Source of the DNA: Lingula anatina
Taxonomy: Eukaryota; Animalia; Brachiopoda
DNA: 64,000 nucleotides
NCBI GenBank assembly: GCA_051362555.1
Contig: CM120649.1
Location: forward strand, 15,762,567-15,826,566
Direction of reading: 5' to 3'
This document shows positions 1-42,609 of the stretch, piece after piece. The notes beneath the pieces are model-generated. The model was given only the letters and a program-made list of their open reading frames with translations. It searched no databases and was not told where the DNA came from. Each line of letters starts with the position of its first letter. Position 1 is the first letter of the stretch. Both the position numbers and the translations under genes were made by a program.

Positions 1-2340
1 TTGATATGAGACATTGATCACCGTCATCATATTACATGATAAATGTCACCAGTTGAACTTACCACCTGTTGCTATGACGATTATACCATGCCTGATAATG
101 TTACCTCATAATTACTGAGTTAAAGTCTGACTTTGGGAGAACTAATTACCTGTGAGACATTAGTGATTCAGAATTTAGATAGGTTTACAACATTAGTGAC
201 AACACTGTCTATGTCACTTCATATTGAAAATGTGAGTATAGTCCATTTTAGTGAGGCTGAATGATTTTACAATGGTAAAAGCATCTGTCTCTTGTGCGGA
301 AATGTGTATAAAGCAATAAACAGCAGCAATTTCTGTTTTATGTATCCCTTAATTATGTAACAGGAGAACTGCGTTGTTGTGTTGAAGAAAATTGTCAAAG
401 TACCTGGCACTGGTAAACTTTGTATGAACTTATGCCTTTTTTTTCTATAGTCGTATTGCTGTCATTGTGAAATGTGGTGATATTTGAAAGTCACCTCTAA
501 GAAAAATGACCTTTTAATATGCAGTGACTGAGTGTGATTTGTACTAAAATGTATGGAGAGCATATACGGATAGATGTGGTTTTTGTCTTTAGGGTTAAAA
601 TGGCATGTCTGAGTTACGGTTTAAAACAGATGTCGTTATATCATTGCGTAGGTAGAGAAGACATGTTCCACAGTACCAATATTTTTCTATTTTTTGTTTA
701 TTTATTCATTTACAGGAAAGTATAGATTGTATATATGTCATTCGTGTTTCAGCCAATATGCAAGTAAAACAATAATGTTCTAACAAATGCTGTTTTTAAT
801 TTTGTTACTGAAGCATTGTATTGCACCTTGAGTGTTTGATTTCCAAACTGATATTGAATAATAAATCTATTGAGTAGCTACCCATTCAGACATGTAAATT
901 TAAACTAACCATAATTGTGTCAGAAATAAATACATAAGTTGTGAGGCAAAGGACTGAGAACTTTGGCTTCCTTGGTACCATTGTTTGATGCTTGATTGTT
1001 AAAAAGGTGCATGTTTTTATGCGAGAATAATGAGCATTGAGTCGGACTGAATAACCACAGAGTTCTAGAGCTAGTCAAGGTGACCCTGGGATTAGATATT
1101 CAGATGAATGTAATTTTCCAAAGTGTCTTTTTTTTTCAGTTCTCAAAGCTTTAAATTGAAAATTTATTTTCCTGTTTTTCTACATAGGCAGTGATCAAGC
1201 TTTCAACTTTGGAGATATGTGGCAGAGTTTGGCATGCTCTCCGGTCCAAAGTGGTCCTTGTCTTAACACACATATAAACATTATACTTGTTTCATCTGTA
1301 ATAAAATGTCTTAAAGATTAGCACCCCCCCCCCCCCCCCATCAGAAATAAGCTTTTTTAAAATAAATTTTAATTTTAGATATTTTTTTATATATGACATA
1401 TCAAAATAACTAAAAGTACAATGGGGTTGTCCTGATCCTTTCATCACCACATCACCACAACTTCCACCCCCCCCCCCCCCCCCCCCCCCCCCAATGATAT
1501 ATGAGATATATATCATGGAATCAGACGTGTAAACATGTCCTTGATCTAGTTAGCTGCACTTGGCATGTTATAGTATAGAAAGTAAGCAGCTACATGGAGA
1601 TCATGTGTTTATCACCAGGCAGGCAGATGATAGCCATGAGATGGTGGATTAAGTTATCTGATCACTTTATAATGTATATTTATAGTGTCTTCAGATGGGT
1701 ATTTAGACAGGGGAGGGGGGTGTCAAAAGAACCTCTTTTTTTGGACGCAAAATAGGTCTCCCCTAACTGGTAATTAAGTTTTCATTCAGTACCATTTTTT
1801 TGTTTTGTTTTGTTTTGTTTTTAAATTTAGCGTGAGGTTAATGACCTTAACCTAATGAGTACATGTCTGTCTTTTTTTATATACATACATTAATGGTACT
1901 CCACTTAAACAAACTTGAGAGAAAGAGAGAGAGTGGAGAGGGTGAGAGAGAGAGAGAGACGGAGTGCATCCTTTTGTAAACAGCATGAGGTGAATGACCT
2001 TTCCCTAATGAATACACGTCTTTTTTATGTACACAAATGGTACTGCACAATGGCGATCATGAATTTACAAGCCAGTCAAGCACTGGATGCCCCCTCATTG
2101 AATATATTACCAAGGGTTAAGTGGAGGCTGTGGTTTGCTGGTTTTGTTCCTGATAAATGCATGTTTGCCATGTGCGAAGCGTGTGTACTGAAGCCAGTTT
2201 GTCCTTCTTGGAATTTTCCTCACTGCAAAAGCATCATGTACACCAAGGGTTTCCATATGGTGACTGGTTAAGGTAACATTAGGAGGAGTGAAATCTACCA
2301 GAAATGGCTGGAAAATGAATGGTTTGTCATGAAGCTGTGC

Positions 2341-2372
<32 letters not shown>

Positions 2373-3402
2373 GTGTTTGTGTGTTTGTGTTTACATTTTG
2401 TGCTGTTTTTTCTGGCAATCTGGTGTCCTTAAAACAATAATAAAATTTTAAAATTGGCAATTTTAAAATGTATACCCCAGTTTACTGCTCACCTGAGGAT
2501 GATGAAAATGCATTAAATATCACATTTTCACAAATGGCTTATCAAGGCATAACACAATTCTACAAGATGATGAGTTTTGGCTTATTCCATTCTTGGTAAG
2601 CTGTTTTATATCAGGATCATAATGCTAAATGCTAAATTCCAAGTCTGGTAGTGTGTTTATTGTCCCAGTGAGGCAGTACAGACATGTATCACATCATGTT
2701 GACAAATTATGACATTTAGCGTGTGACGTCTGCCAGCCGTAAATGATGCTGACTTTCCCAGTGAGGTTGACTGACGCAAAGGTCTTGTTTATAGTCTAGA
2801 GATCGTCATTTAATCCCTAGTAGGTTGTTGGCACTCAGCTTTGGAGAGACATTACAGTAACATATAGTATAACATTAGTATAACAACAATTAATGGGCTT
2901 GCTATTCAGGCATTGGTGAGTGTAGTATATGTATTATTTGGTGTTCTTGGACAATAGCAGAGTATTGGATCTGACTTCTAAAGAGAGAAAGCAATTTCAG
3001 GATTTTGTTTTTCAGAACATCTACTTTATTGTTTTCAGGATGTCTGTGGTAAATATCATCAATAATATATAACTATCAGGATGTATTTGTAGCAATGGGG
3101 CCACAGAGGGGCTAGCTGACAAAGGGTTCTGAAGCATGTGGATTGGTATATTTAAAATGCATGAGAAAATGATATTAATGATTTATCATTATTGCATTGA
3201 TTGTATATGAATATTCATTATGTTGTTTAATGTTTATATTCCAAGTGGTTTGGGCTAGAGAATTGGCCCAGTTGAGATTTGAAGATGGCAGCTAATTGAT
3301 TCTTAATGTTCTTCAGTGGTAATTGTGTAAAATTGCATGTATTTGAAAAGGTTTATTGTATGGATGTACTGTAAAGACATCATCTATGTCTGTTTATTTC
3401 AG

Positions 3403-3660
3403 AGTGGCCTTGCAGGAGAACTAGCCAGCCTGAAACTAGACGCCTCCCCACAACAACCCATGGAAGCTGTGCCCGAACACGAGCGCCGCGAGAGGTGGGA
3501 GCGCGGACAGGTGGACTACCTGGGCGAGGACAGTTTTCAGAAGATCCAGGAAAGGATAGACTCCACGCTGCAGTCTGGTCCGCCCCAGGGACAGCCCAAG
3601 CCCGTTGACAAGAGCAAAGGAGCTGTCCCTAAGGCTAGTAGAAAGCATGTCCGGAAATAG
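3403..3660 (+). CDS. Terminal coding exon of an unidentified gene that starts upstream of the window (SGLAGELASLKL...RRERWERGQVDYLGEDSFQKIQERID...RKHVRK*)
   Basis: Acceptor tttatttcag at 3393-3402, GC-rich open frame to TAG at 3658-3660, followed by several kb of T-rich UTR-like sequence. The WERGQVDYLGEDSF block looks conserved but I cannot name the family. Confidence 0.7.
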   Translation, partial: SGLAGELASLKLDASPQQPMEAVPEHERRERWERGQVDYLGEDSFQKIQERIDSTLQSGPPQGQPKPVDKSKGAVPKASRKHVRK

Positions 3661-4629
3661 AGCATGTACAGTGTGTATTGCATGCTTGGCTAAATTTGTG
3701 TTCATGGTATGCAGACTGATTTTCTTTTTGCACATTTGTTTGTTTGTTTGTTTAGATGCTGTCATTTTGATTTTTGTTTATGTTCATTTGTGATTTTATT
3801 TGTGCAGACGCACTCTTTTTTATTTGTCATTGTATAATGTAATTAGACTGAAATTTCCCAAATCATCTGTATTAAATCACCTTATTTGATAACTGCTGCA
3901 TGTGAAGTTAATTGTTTTTATAATAATTGCATGAAGACAAATTTTACGAAATGCCTTACTTTTTCACTACCCATCCTAGTTTCTACCCTGGCTTTTAATT
4001 TTTTGACACCTATCACCAGCATTTAAAGCTAACCCAGACCAAGACCAACTTCTCATAAGAACTCTAGAGTAAAATTTGGTAAAGCCATAGTTTTTAAACC
4101 ACCATTTTAGTCAACTTCATATCTTTCAGACCAACAGTTTAGTCTACTCTTTATATATCTTTTACACCAAAATTTTATTCGATTTTAAATCATTTCTACC
4201 TGCATTTTAGTTTACTTCAAATCTTTTAGACCAACATTTAAATTTACGTCACACGAGAATTAATGTGCACTACTACATTTAATGGAGAAGCAGTTTCTCT
4301 TTGATATAACTAAATATAATTCACTGAATTGGACTGCTGTCTCTTTATGTTTGGTCTAGGTTTCCAAAGATTTCACTCCAAAGATCTTAGGGAAAAAGGG
4401 TTGCTGTTCAGCAAAATTGAGAAAAATAGTAAACATTATACACCTCTTAAAGATTTTTTATGGCAGCCATAGCGCATGGTTTTAAATATAAGTGATGTAA
4501 AGGCTCCATATTTGCATGGAAAATGTTTTTGAGAAACTTTCATCTTAGACGTTGCTCCGTAGCAAGTATTTTATGGTACATTAAATCAGGTCAAAGGTAA
4601 CTTGAAGCAGATTTAAGTAAATGACATTT

Positions 4630-5030
4630 GATCATAATTTCCTGTGCTGCTTTCTGTTAAAAGATTTAACTTGGTGTTCAATTTTCTTTGCTACTTTCTT
4701 TTGAAATTTGAAATTCTGATGTCATTTGATGTGGTAACTTCTGTTGAAAAGTTGACTTTGGTTGTCTGCCCTTTTTTTCTTGAAAGTTAAAATTGGGTTG
4801 TAATATTTGTTTTTTTTTTATAATGTTTGCAAATAGTAACTTTTGTTAATTTGAAGGGCTACTTTCTATTGAAAGTTTCAATTTTCTCATAAATGTTCTC
4901 AGCTACTTTCCGTTGAAGGTTTTAATTTGGCCATCAATTTTCTGGGCTTTTTTCTGTTGAAAATTTCAATTTTGTCAGATATTTTCTTGGTTACTTACTA
5001 TTGAAAGGTTAAATTTGGTCTTTTTTTCCA
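4630..5030. repeat. Degenerate minisatellite of about 44 bp (core tttctgttgaaaagtttaatttgg) in the putative 3' UTR
   Basis: Recurring tttct[ga]ttgaaa...aa[tc]ttgg cores at roughly 44-nt spacing; strongly diverged. Confidence 0.5.
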
Positions 5031-8000
5031 GTGAAAAGTAATTGACGTTGGATCAAGCTGAAAACCACAACTATCTGTACATGCATGAGGACATTGACTG
5101 CTGCATTTGACATTGCCAACACTTAACTTGTGATGAGAAAAGCTCACGATTGCCAATATGAACAATGTACATCATTGCGCTAGAGAAGACAATATCAAAA
5201 TGTTTGCCATTGCGCTAGAGAAGACAATGCCAATTGTTAGAGAAGAAAACCAAGTGAGTTCGCTGAGCTTACTGCATTGGACAGTCTCCCAGCATCTCTA
5301 TGGAAACTTTATTTCATACATAGGCCTCAATCTCTACATTATTGTACATATGTTATGCATTTTTTTCTTATGTTAGGGGAATGTATGTTTTGATAACCGT
5401 CAAAAACTAATATGCTAGAGTTATAAACTGAAATTCTGCCATAAATGACATGCCAGTACTTAATGTACAGGTATCTTGAATCCTGTTTTTTTAATTTTTT
5501 TTTTTTTCATATTTGAGCATTCTTATAAAGGCACCTGTCCAGTAATTTATCCCTTTTATACATGTTCACATATATACATATTTAAATTGCTTTGTTGCTA
5601 TTATAAATGTAGTATATTGCATTACTTGGGATTCTAATCTAGAGTTTTGTTGTCATGTGTAACATGTAGACTGCATTGCTCAAGAGTTCTAATCAATACT
5701 GTTGTTATAGTTGTATACATATATAGACTGCGTTGCTTAGAGATGCCAATAAGACATATTGATGCTTTGCTGTATTAGATTACAGCAACATTAAGGGTTT
5801 CCGCGGATTAGAAAAGAAATGAGAGTATAGCAATAAAGATTTTGCCATTCAGTTTGCTATTAAATTGTGTCTTTTATATTGTATCCTTTCTCTGAAAACA
5901 ACCATGAGCCAAATAGATTTTTAAGAAAACTGGGAAAAGGTGTTGCTCAAGTCTGACAAAATCCCTCTCCACACCCTTCTACTGTTACATTTTTTTATAC
6001 AAGATGCCTTTAATTCTGGAGAAAGAGATTTCGATTTTTTGTGCCATGCAATTGGAAAGTTCACTTCTGCTACAGTGTGCAATATTATAGACAGTTGTTT
6101 GTGTTGTGTTGTTAATGTTCATGGAACACTTAGATACTGATCCTGTTCTGTAAGTTATATGAAATATGAAGTAGTTTGAAGTGTAACATGTAGGTTTATT
6201 TTGCTGTAAGTTATATAAAATTGGAATATCTCCAAAGATTATCATAAATGAATAAATGCGAGTTGGTCCGAGTCTTTTAAGATCTGACTTGTCTGCTGTA
6301 GAACAATCACCTATAGATTTCACCTGGCTGATCTTTTGTGCTTGTTTCAGAGCTTCTGTCAAATTTGCCAGCTTTCATTTTTGATCTGTCAGGTGGATTA
6401 ATGCTTTGCTGAGCTGTAAGATTTTACTCAGTGCATATTAAAGCTATTTCTTTGATAAAACTCTAAAGCAAAAAAAAAAATGAAAATAAAAAGATTTGTG
6501 AGCCAGGTAGATTTATGAAGATGTTTAGAAACTAACTTGGTGATAGAAATTCAATGATCTATTTAAGGATGCAATTGTACACGTTTAAATACATGCTGTA
6601 CAATACAATTGTATGTTTAAATACATGCCGAGTAATTGTATTTCTATTGATATGTTCATTTATTGTAATCCTTGTTGGTTTCTAGATTACAAAAGACCAG
6701 TTTTTGCTATACAGTGTGTAGAAACCATTCTTATGTTAAAAAAGATGCCATTTGCATATAAAAGTACCATTTCCCTTGTTGTCAAATATTATGTTTTTCC
6801 CGTCATGTTGTAGTCTTTGAATAGAATTTGTTGTACACACACACAGTGTAATCCTCTTGTAGCCTCAACTCCTTGATGAGCTTTATGTTCAGGTTCCCAA
6901 ACTGAAAAGATGTTCAAGCTTTATTAGCTGTTGTAAAGAAACACCTTTAACAGAATATTAGTCTGAAAGATCCTGTTTATTACATGCTTCTTTTAAAAGC
7001 ATAAAATCTGGACTTAGTTTGACTAAGAAAATTAAGAAAATAGTCCGCAAAATTTTTCAAGTCCTGGAATTTTAATAAAAGCTTGATTTGTAGACTGGGT
7101 AAAAGGGAGATAGTTACTCGCCTCCCCTCCCTATTTAGGCAGCTGGAATAGATTCTTTATCATCCTGCCATGCTATATAAAGCCAGTGAAACAACTTGGG
7201 CTTCAGATACAGTATTATTATTATTATTAATGTCATTATAGTGAATTAGCTGTTTCAAGACACAATACAATACAAGATAATTAGAGTATGGACTTAATAT
7301 AACTTGGTTATCTTCTTTTTTATGGACAAATATATGCTTTATTAATTTAGTGAAGGTTAATATGCTAATTGGATAATGCTTGTTTTCTACGGCGCAGCTC
7401 GTGCAGCCATGGGGCACGGCACATGGAATGTTGCACAAGGACACGGGACGGTTGACGTCATTTAGTTGTGGTGAATTAGTTGGGAGGTAGCCGAGCTACC
7501 CTGAACGGGAATAAAATGACATATTTACATAAAATATTTTTGTTGTCTTAGTTGTTGTTATTTCGTTTATATTGACTTTGGTTGTGTTGTGTGGCAAACC
7601 TCTGAATGGTGATGTCAAAAAAGCGGCGTTGGTGGGTGTCACCCTACTAGGGTCTGCAAAACGTGATTTTAATTTATATCTTTTTTGGAAATGAAGTGTG
7701 TTAATCTGTTAAACTGATTGCATTCTGTAAGAGTCCTTGCGTAGTCGGATCAATCTCAGTAGACCCATATTTTCATTGGAAATTAGCCCTAAACAGCTTA
7801 TGACCAAGGGGCTCAATGATCTCTTGGACAAATGAAACATTTTTATTGATTTAATAAGTTAAATTAATAATAACAAGAAATGGAGCTGTCTTGGAGTGGC
7901 TGTGTGCTCTATGAGTACTTTTCTAGTCTTCAATGAAAACAATTGCTGGTTAGATTATATTGTAGTGTTTTATTGTAAAACTCTCACTTGCTTCTATTGC

Positions 8001-8048
8001 AGTGGTACAAAAGACAAAATAAGATCCTTTAAACAAAATTTGTATTGG

Positions 8049-8124
8049 AATAAAGGCTATAAGAAAAAAAATGTTATCTATATAGGCCGAACATTTAAAA
8101 CACTTGTACTACTAAAACTTTATT
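8049..8124. terminator. Candidate convergent polyadenylation signals (AATAAA on + at 8049-8054; AATAAA on - at 8119-8124 for RYK)
   Basis: Both hexamers sit where + strand composition flips from T/G-rich to A/C-rich, as expected where two tail-to-tail 3' UTRs meet. Confidence 0.45.
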
Positions 8125-10057
8125 GCTGAGCAAGAGAAAAAAATAAGACTTATAAAAAGTCCAGAAATATGGTCACTAACTGTGGATACATCCTTAATAC
8201 TTTTAAAAAGCAAACCCTACTTAACTTATAGCATACCTCACACATGTATTCTATACAAAACAAGTGAAACCATGTACAATACAATAACAATATTATATAC
8301 AATTATATTTATATATGTACATACATACAAGTACAAATATTTAGCACCTCTGGTTTCGTTAAAAAAACTTTACACAAGAGCTTAAATAACTTTAAAATCA
8401 CCCTCTTACAAGGAAAATGATCTGCCTTTCAAAATTCAGAAGGATCTATTAGAAAAGTGACTAGATAAATTCACTGTACTGAAAAGTTTCTTCTGTACAT
8501 GAAATTCTAAACATTTAAATCATGATCTTATTTTAATCAACTCATCAGTAACTGATTTAATACATATGCTAAGACTTTAAAGTTGACAGGATTGATTATT
8601 ATGAGCCGTCTACTTCTTATTTAACATGAGATAATAGAATGAACCCCACCTAACACCCGTGACATATTCTGAGTGACTACTTATCACTTTGTAAAAAAAA
8701 AAAAAAAAAACATCTTGGCAATTAAGCTTGGATCAAAATGAGCAAACTGGATGTTCTAAGGTGACAAATTTACCCAGATTCAGTCACTAAAATAATGTAC
8801 AAATTTTTGAAAAGGGGAAAAAAGACAAAAAAAAAAAAAAAATGCTCTGGACTCTGTCCAAATTCAAGCATGACTAGAGTCTAAATATAGAATTACAAAA
8901 TCCACCAAAAGAAAAATCTAGCAAAAATTATTTAAAATGGATGTGGACTAGATGAGTTGTTCTGTGATTTAAAAATAAATTCATTTTGATCTTTTGATTC
9001 TGTGGAGAACTTGCAGCACAGGTGACCTCTGACCTCAATGACCCCTGGATATGACCTCTGACCTTAATGACCTTTTTATCACCTGGACTCCATCTACAAT
9101 ATTATGACCTCATTGACTAGGTTTTGGGTTGATGCCATAAACCTTTATGATACCATTTATTTTCTAAATCCTGTGCCCCTTTTTCGAGTCTTTTCTCCTT
9201 TGTTCGCGATTTACTGGTTTACTTATTGACTTTTTATCAGACTGTTCTTTCATAAAAAAAAAAAAAAAACATCGCTGTCTCATGAAACTTTGATTGTCAT
9301 CTCCCGTTTTCCATGCTAACTGCCAGTATAACTGTTTAACAAAGCTATCAAATCTATTCACATCTTCAGTTCTGCCCCTGACCTCACACTGATGAATGGT
9401 TGTATTTTTGAATGATATTGTGCATTGCATCTTTGAAGCTTCTGTTGTATTAATACAAACGCATTGTCTTGTCTGCCATAATTACACCCCATCCTCAGCA
9501 TTCAGCAACAGCCAGGGTATCCTTGTTGGTTACTGGATGGAGAAAAGTTAATCCTTAACTACTAGTTAAATAAATATCATTACTGTCTCAAATGGACCCT
9601 GAATAAAACCTTTTAAATTAATAGCTGTCAAAATCTCCCCCCCCCACCCCACCAATGAATGATATTTTTTCTTGATATTTTCTCTGTAATGCTGACCTAC
9701 AACCCTGACTGCAGGATATGGTTTCATCCCACTTTCAATACACTTCCATTAGAAACTGTCAGTTAAAATGACAGCTCTCTGAAACCGGTGACTGTCTCCG
9801 ATATCCTTCGCGTGGCAATTCTAATAAATGCTGCTGTGTGCAGCATCTTCCAAAATCCTGCTTTAAAGTCTACAGTAACCGCAATCCACTTCTCTTTCTT
9901 TTCTTCCTTTTTTCATCAAAGATTTTAGATAAATAACTCCGGTTGAACTGGATGGACTTCACTTTTTCCTCTCTTCTAGACTTCATAAATGCTGTCAAGG
10001 TGGAGACTTTCAAATGCTACAACCTGCTTCCTTTCTTTCTTTTTCTTTCCACATACT

Positions 10058-40846
<30,789 letters not shown>

Positions 40847-40899
40847 CTCGGTAGAGAAGCGTGAAAAATCACGGGTCGAGTACAAACGAAGTCGGCCTC

Positions 40900-41249
40900 C
40901 TTTCACATTTTGTGTTCATTCGAGTTTAGCCTCTAAACTTTAGCCTCCAACTCCTGTTGTGAATGACTAGAAAATGCCCTGTATGTAACATAGGCGGAAT
41001 AATCATACGCATTCACATATGGGTAAAATAATTATTTTTTTGTGAATATTTTCTCAGTCACATACATATGCTAATCTAAGGCTGCATATAGTATAAAATA
41101 AGTAAATTTGTTTGGAATTGAGAGTATAATACATGACGCATGCGCATTATGTTCAGTATGGTAGCGAAGTAACTTCCGTTATGTTCATGTGAGAAGGATT
41201 TTTCGAAATATTGTATTGATTTGGCGTGGATTGGGCCTTTTTGTGTACG
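40900..41249. promoter_or_regulatory. Probable bidirectional promoter between RYK (-) and CWC15 (+), including the putative non-coding first exon of CWC15 ending at 41249
   Basis: Head-to-head arrangement; TGACGCATGCGCA (CRE/NRF1-like) at about 41133-41145, ACTTCCG (ETS-like) at about 41172, donor CG|gtaagg at 41250. Confidence 0.5.
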
Positions 41250-41588
41250 GTAAGGGATGTAAAACATACCAAAGTTATATACTTTTTATATGTATTTAAT
41301 TTATTGTGTACATAAAGGCGATAACTTTGCGGTTTTTCTCCTTCGTCGTAAAACATCGTTGTTGCTTGATTGCCCTTAACTTGTATGTGTAGAAGTTGAA
41401 GTCTGAAAAATGAAATGGCTCTTCTTTATTTCTGGATTACGTTCAAGTTCACGTTCTGAACTGAATAATAATCTTTAAACCAGGAAGGTTTCTAGAAGTA
41501 TCTTTCCAAGGGTAAAATATTGTCAGTCTGTTGCCCTAGTATCATTGGTGAAAGTATTCAGGATGTAGTGCCAGGGGCAGGTAGAACC

Positions 41589-41662
41589 GGCCGGGTAGCT
41601 CAGTAGGTAAGAGCACTCGCCCTGTAAGCGAGGGGTCCCGGGTTCGATTCCTGGTCTGGCTG
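41589..41662 (+). tRNA. tRNA-like (Thr-TGT-like) sequence in the 5' LTR; element-borne, probably not a translational tRNA
   Basis: Cloverleaf GGCCGGG-TA-GCTC..GAGC-A-CTCGC-CCTGTAA-GCGAG-GGGTC-CCGGG-TTCGATT-CCTGG-TCTGGCT; intact A and B boxes; C at position 33 and three G-U pairs in the acceptor stem. Confidence 0.6.
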
Positions 41663-41779
41663 GTGATTTTTCTGCACTCACCCCAAATCGCTACAATGGT
41701 GGCAGCGGTTGTGAGAGATAGGGCTCGCGTCTTTCGGCATTTGGGGGGGAGGAGTGTAGTGCCAGGGGCAGGTAGAACC

Positions 41780-41853
41780 GGCCGGGTAGCTCAGTAGGTA
41801 AGAGCACTCGCCCTGTAAGCGAGGGGTCCCGGGTTCGATTCCTGGTCTGGCTG
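41780..41853 (+). tRNA. Identical tRNA-like (Thr-TGT-like) sequence in the 3' LTR
   Basis: Same sequence as 41589-41662. Confidence 0.6.
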
Positions 41854-42609
41854 GTGATTTTTCTGCACTCACCCCAAATCGCTACAAGGATGTGCCTCCA
41901 GGATTTTCATCTTTTTCATTACTTAATCACTTCCATTCATCACTTGAATGCTCCATGTAAAACTTTATGTTACTATCTTATGAGATCTTGAAAGCTAATT
42001 AGGCTCAGCTCTTTTAGTTCTCTAAAGTATTCACGGTGTCTACTTACTGAATTGGAGAGTGATCACTGTGGCTGTTGCTAGGCTCTGTGAGAGTTGTAGA
42101 GATCCTCGATCGTAGCACGTCCGAATCGGAGTGGAAGATCCTAGACAATGCCACAGCGACGGGTATGATGTCACAATATTGACAATCGTCAGTAGGGGGC
42201 GTGCTCTCCCCACCTGACCCGACTCACTCACCTGTTGGGGCCTATCTTGGCACATGATGAGCAGACCAGGTGGAGGAAGGAAAAAACTCTGATTACAACA
42301 TCTCTAATCCATCATTCTTGGTATATGATCTGATTTTCTTGCCTTGCTTTAAACTTATTGTATATTTTTTCTATTTCAGAATACTTAAGACTGTTTGACA
42401 CATGTTGTGTCACATCACAGTAGACCAGCACAGCCCTGGATGACTACAGTCCTTCTATATCTCTAATCCAACGTTCTTGGTATAGGATCTGATGTGCGTT
42501 AAACTTAGTGTCTATTTTCTCTTATTTCAGAACACTTAAGACTGCTTCCCATAGCTGGTTCACATAACTGCAGCTTAGCTGTTTCACACTGCAGTAGACC
42601 AGCAGAGAG

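Larger units (their letters stand above)
41564..41886 (+). mobile_element. Miniature non-autonomous LTR retrotransposon (TRIM) with tRNA-derived LTRs, Helenus-like
   Basis: Two identical 132-bp LTRs (41564-41695, 41755-41886) with TGTAG...CTACA ends; PBS TGGTGGCAGCGGT at 41697-41709; polypurine tract GGGGGGGAGGAG at 41743-41754; 4-bp target-site duplication AGGA at 41560-41563 and 41887-41890. Confidence 0.93.

Noticed and set aside
41589-41853. Two genuine tandem tRNA-Thr(TGT) genes, or a SINE dimer
   Set aside because: TG...CA termini, PBS, PPT and a 4-bp TSD fit an LTR element; C33 and a G-U-rich acceptor stem argue against a working tRNA.
42040-42285. GC-richer patch between the TRIM and the CWC15 coding start
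   Set aside because: No recognisable ORF, RNA fold or repeat termini; cannot be classified by eye.
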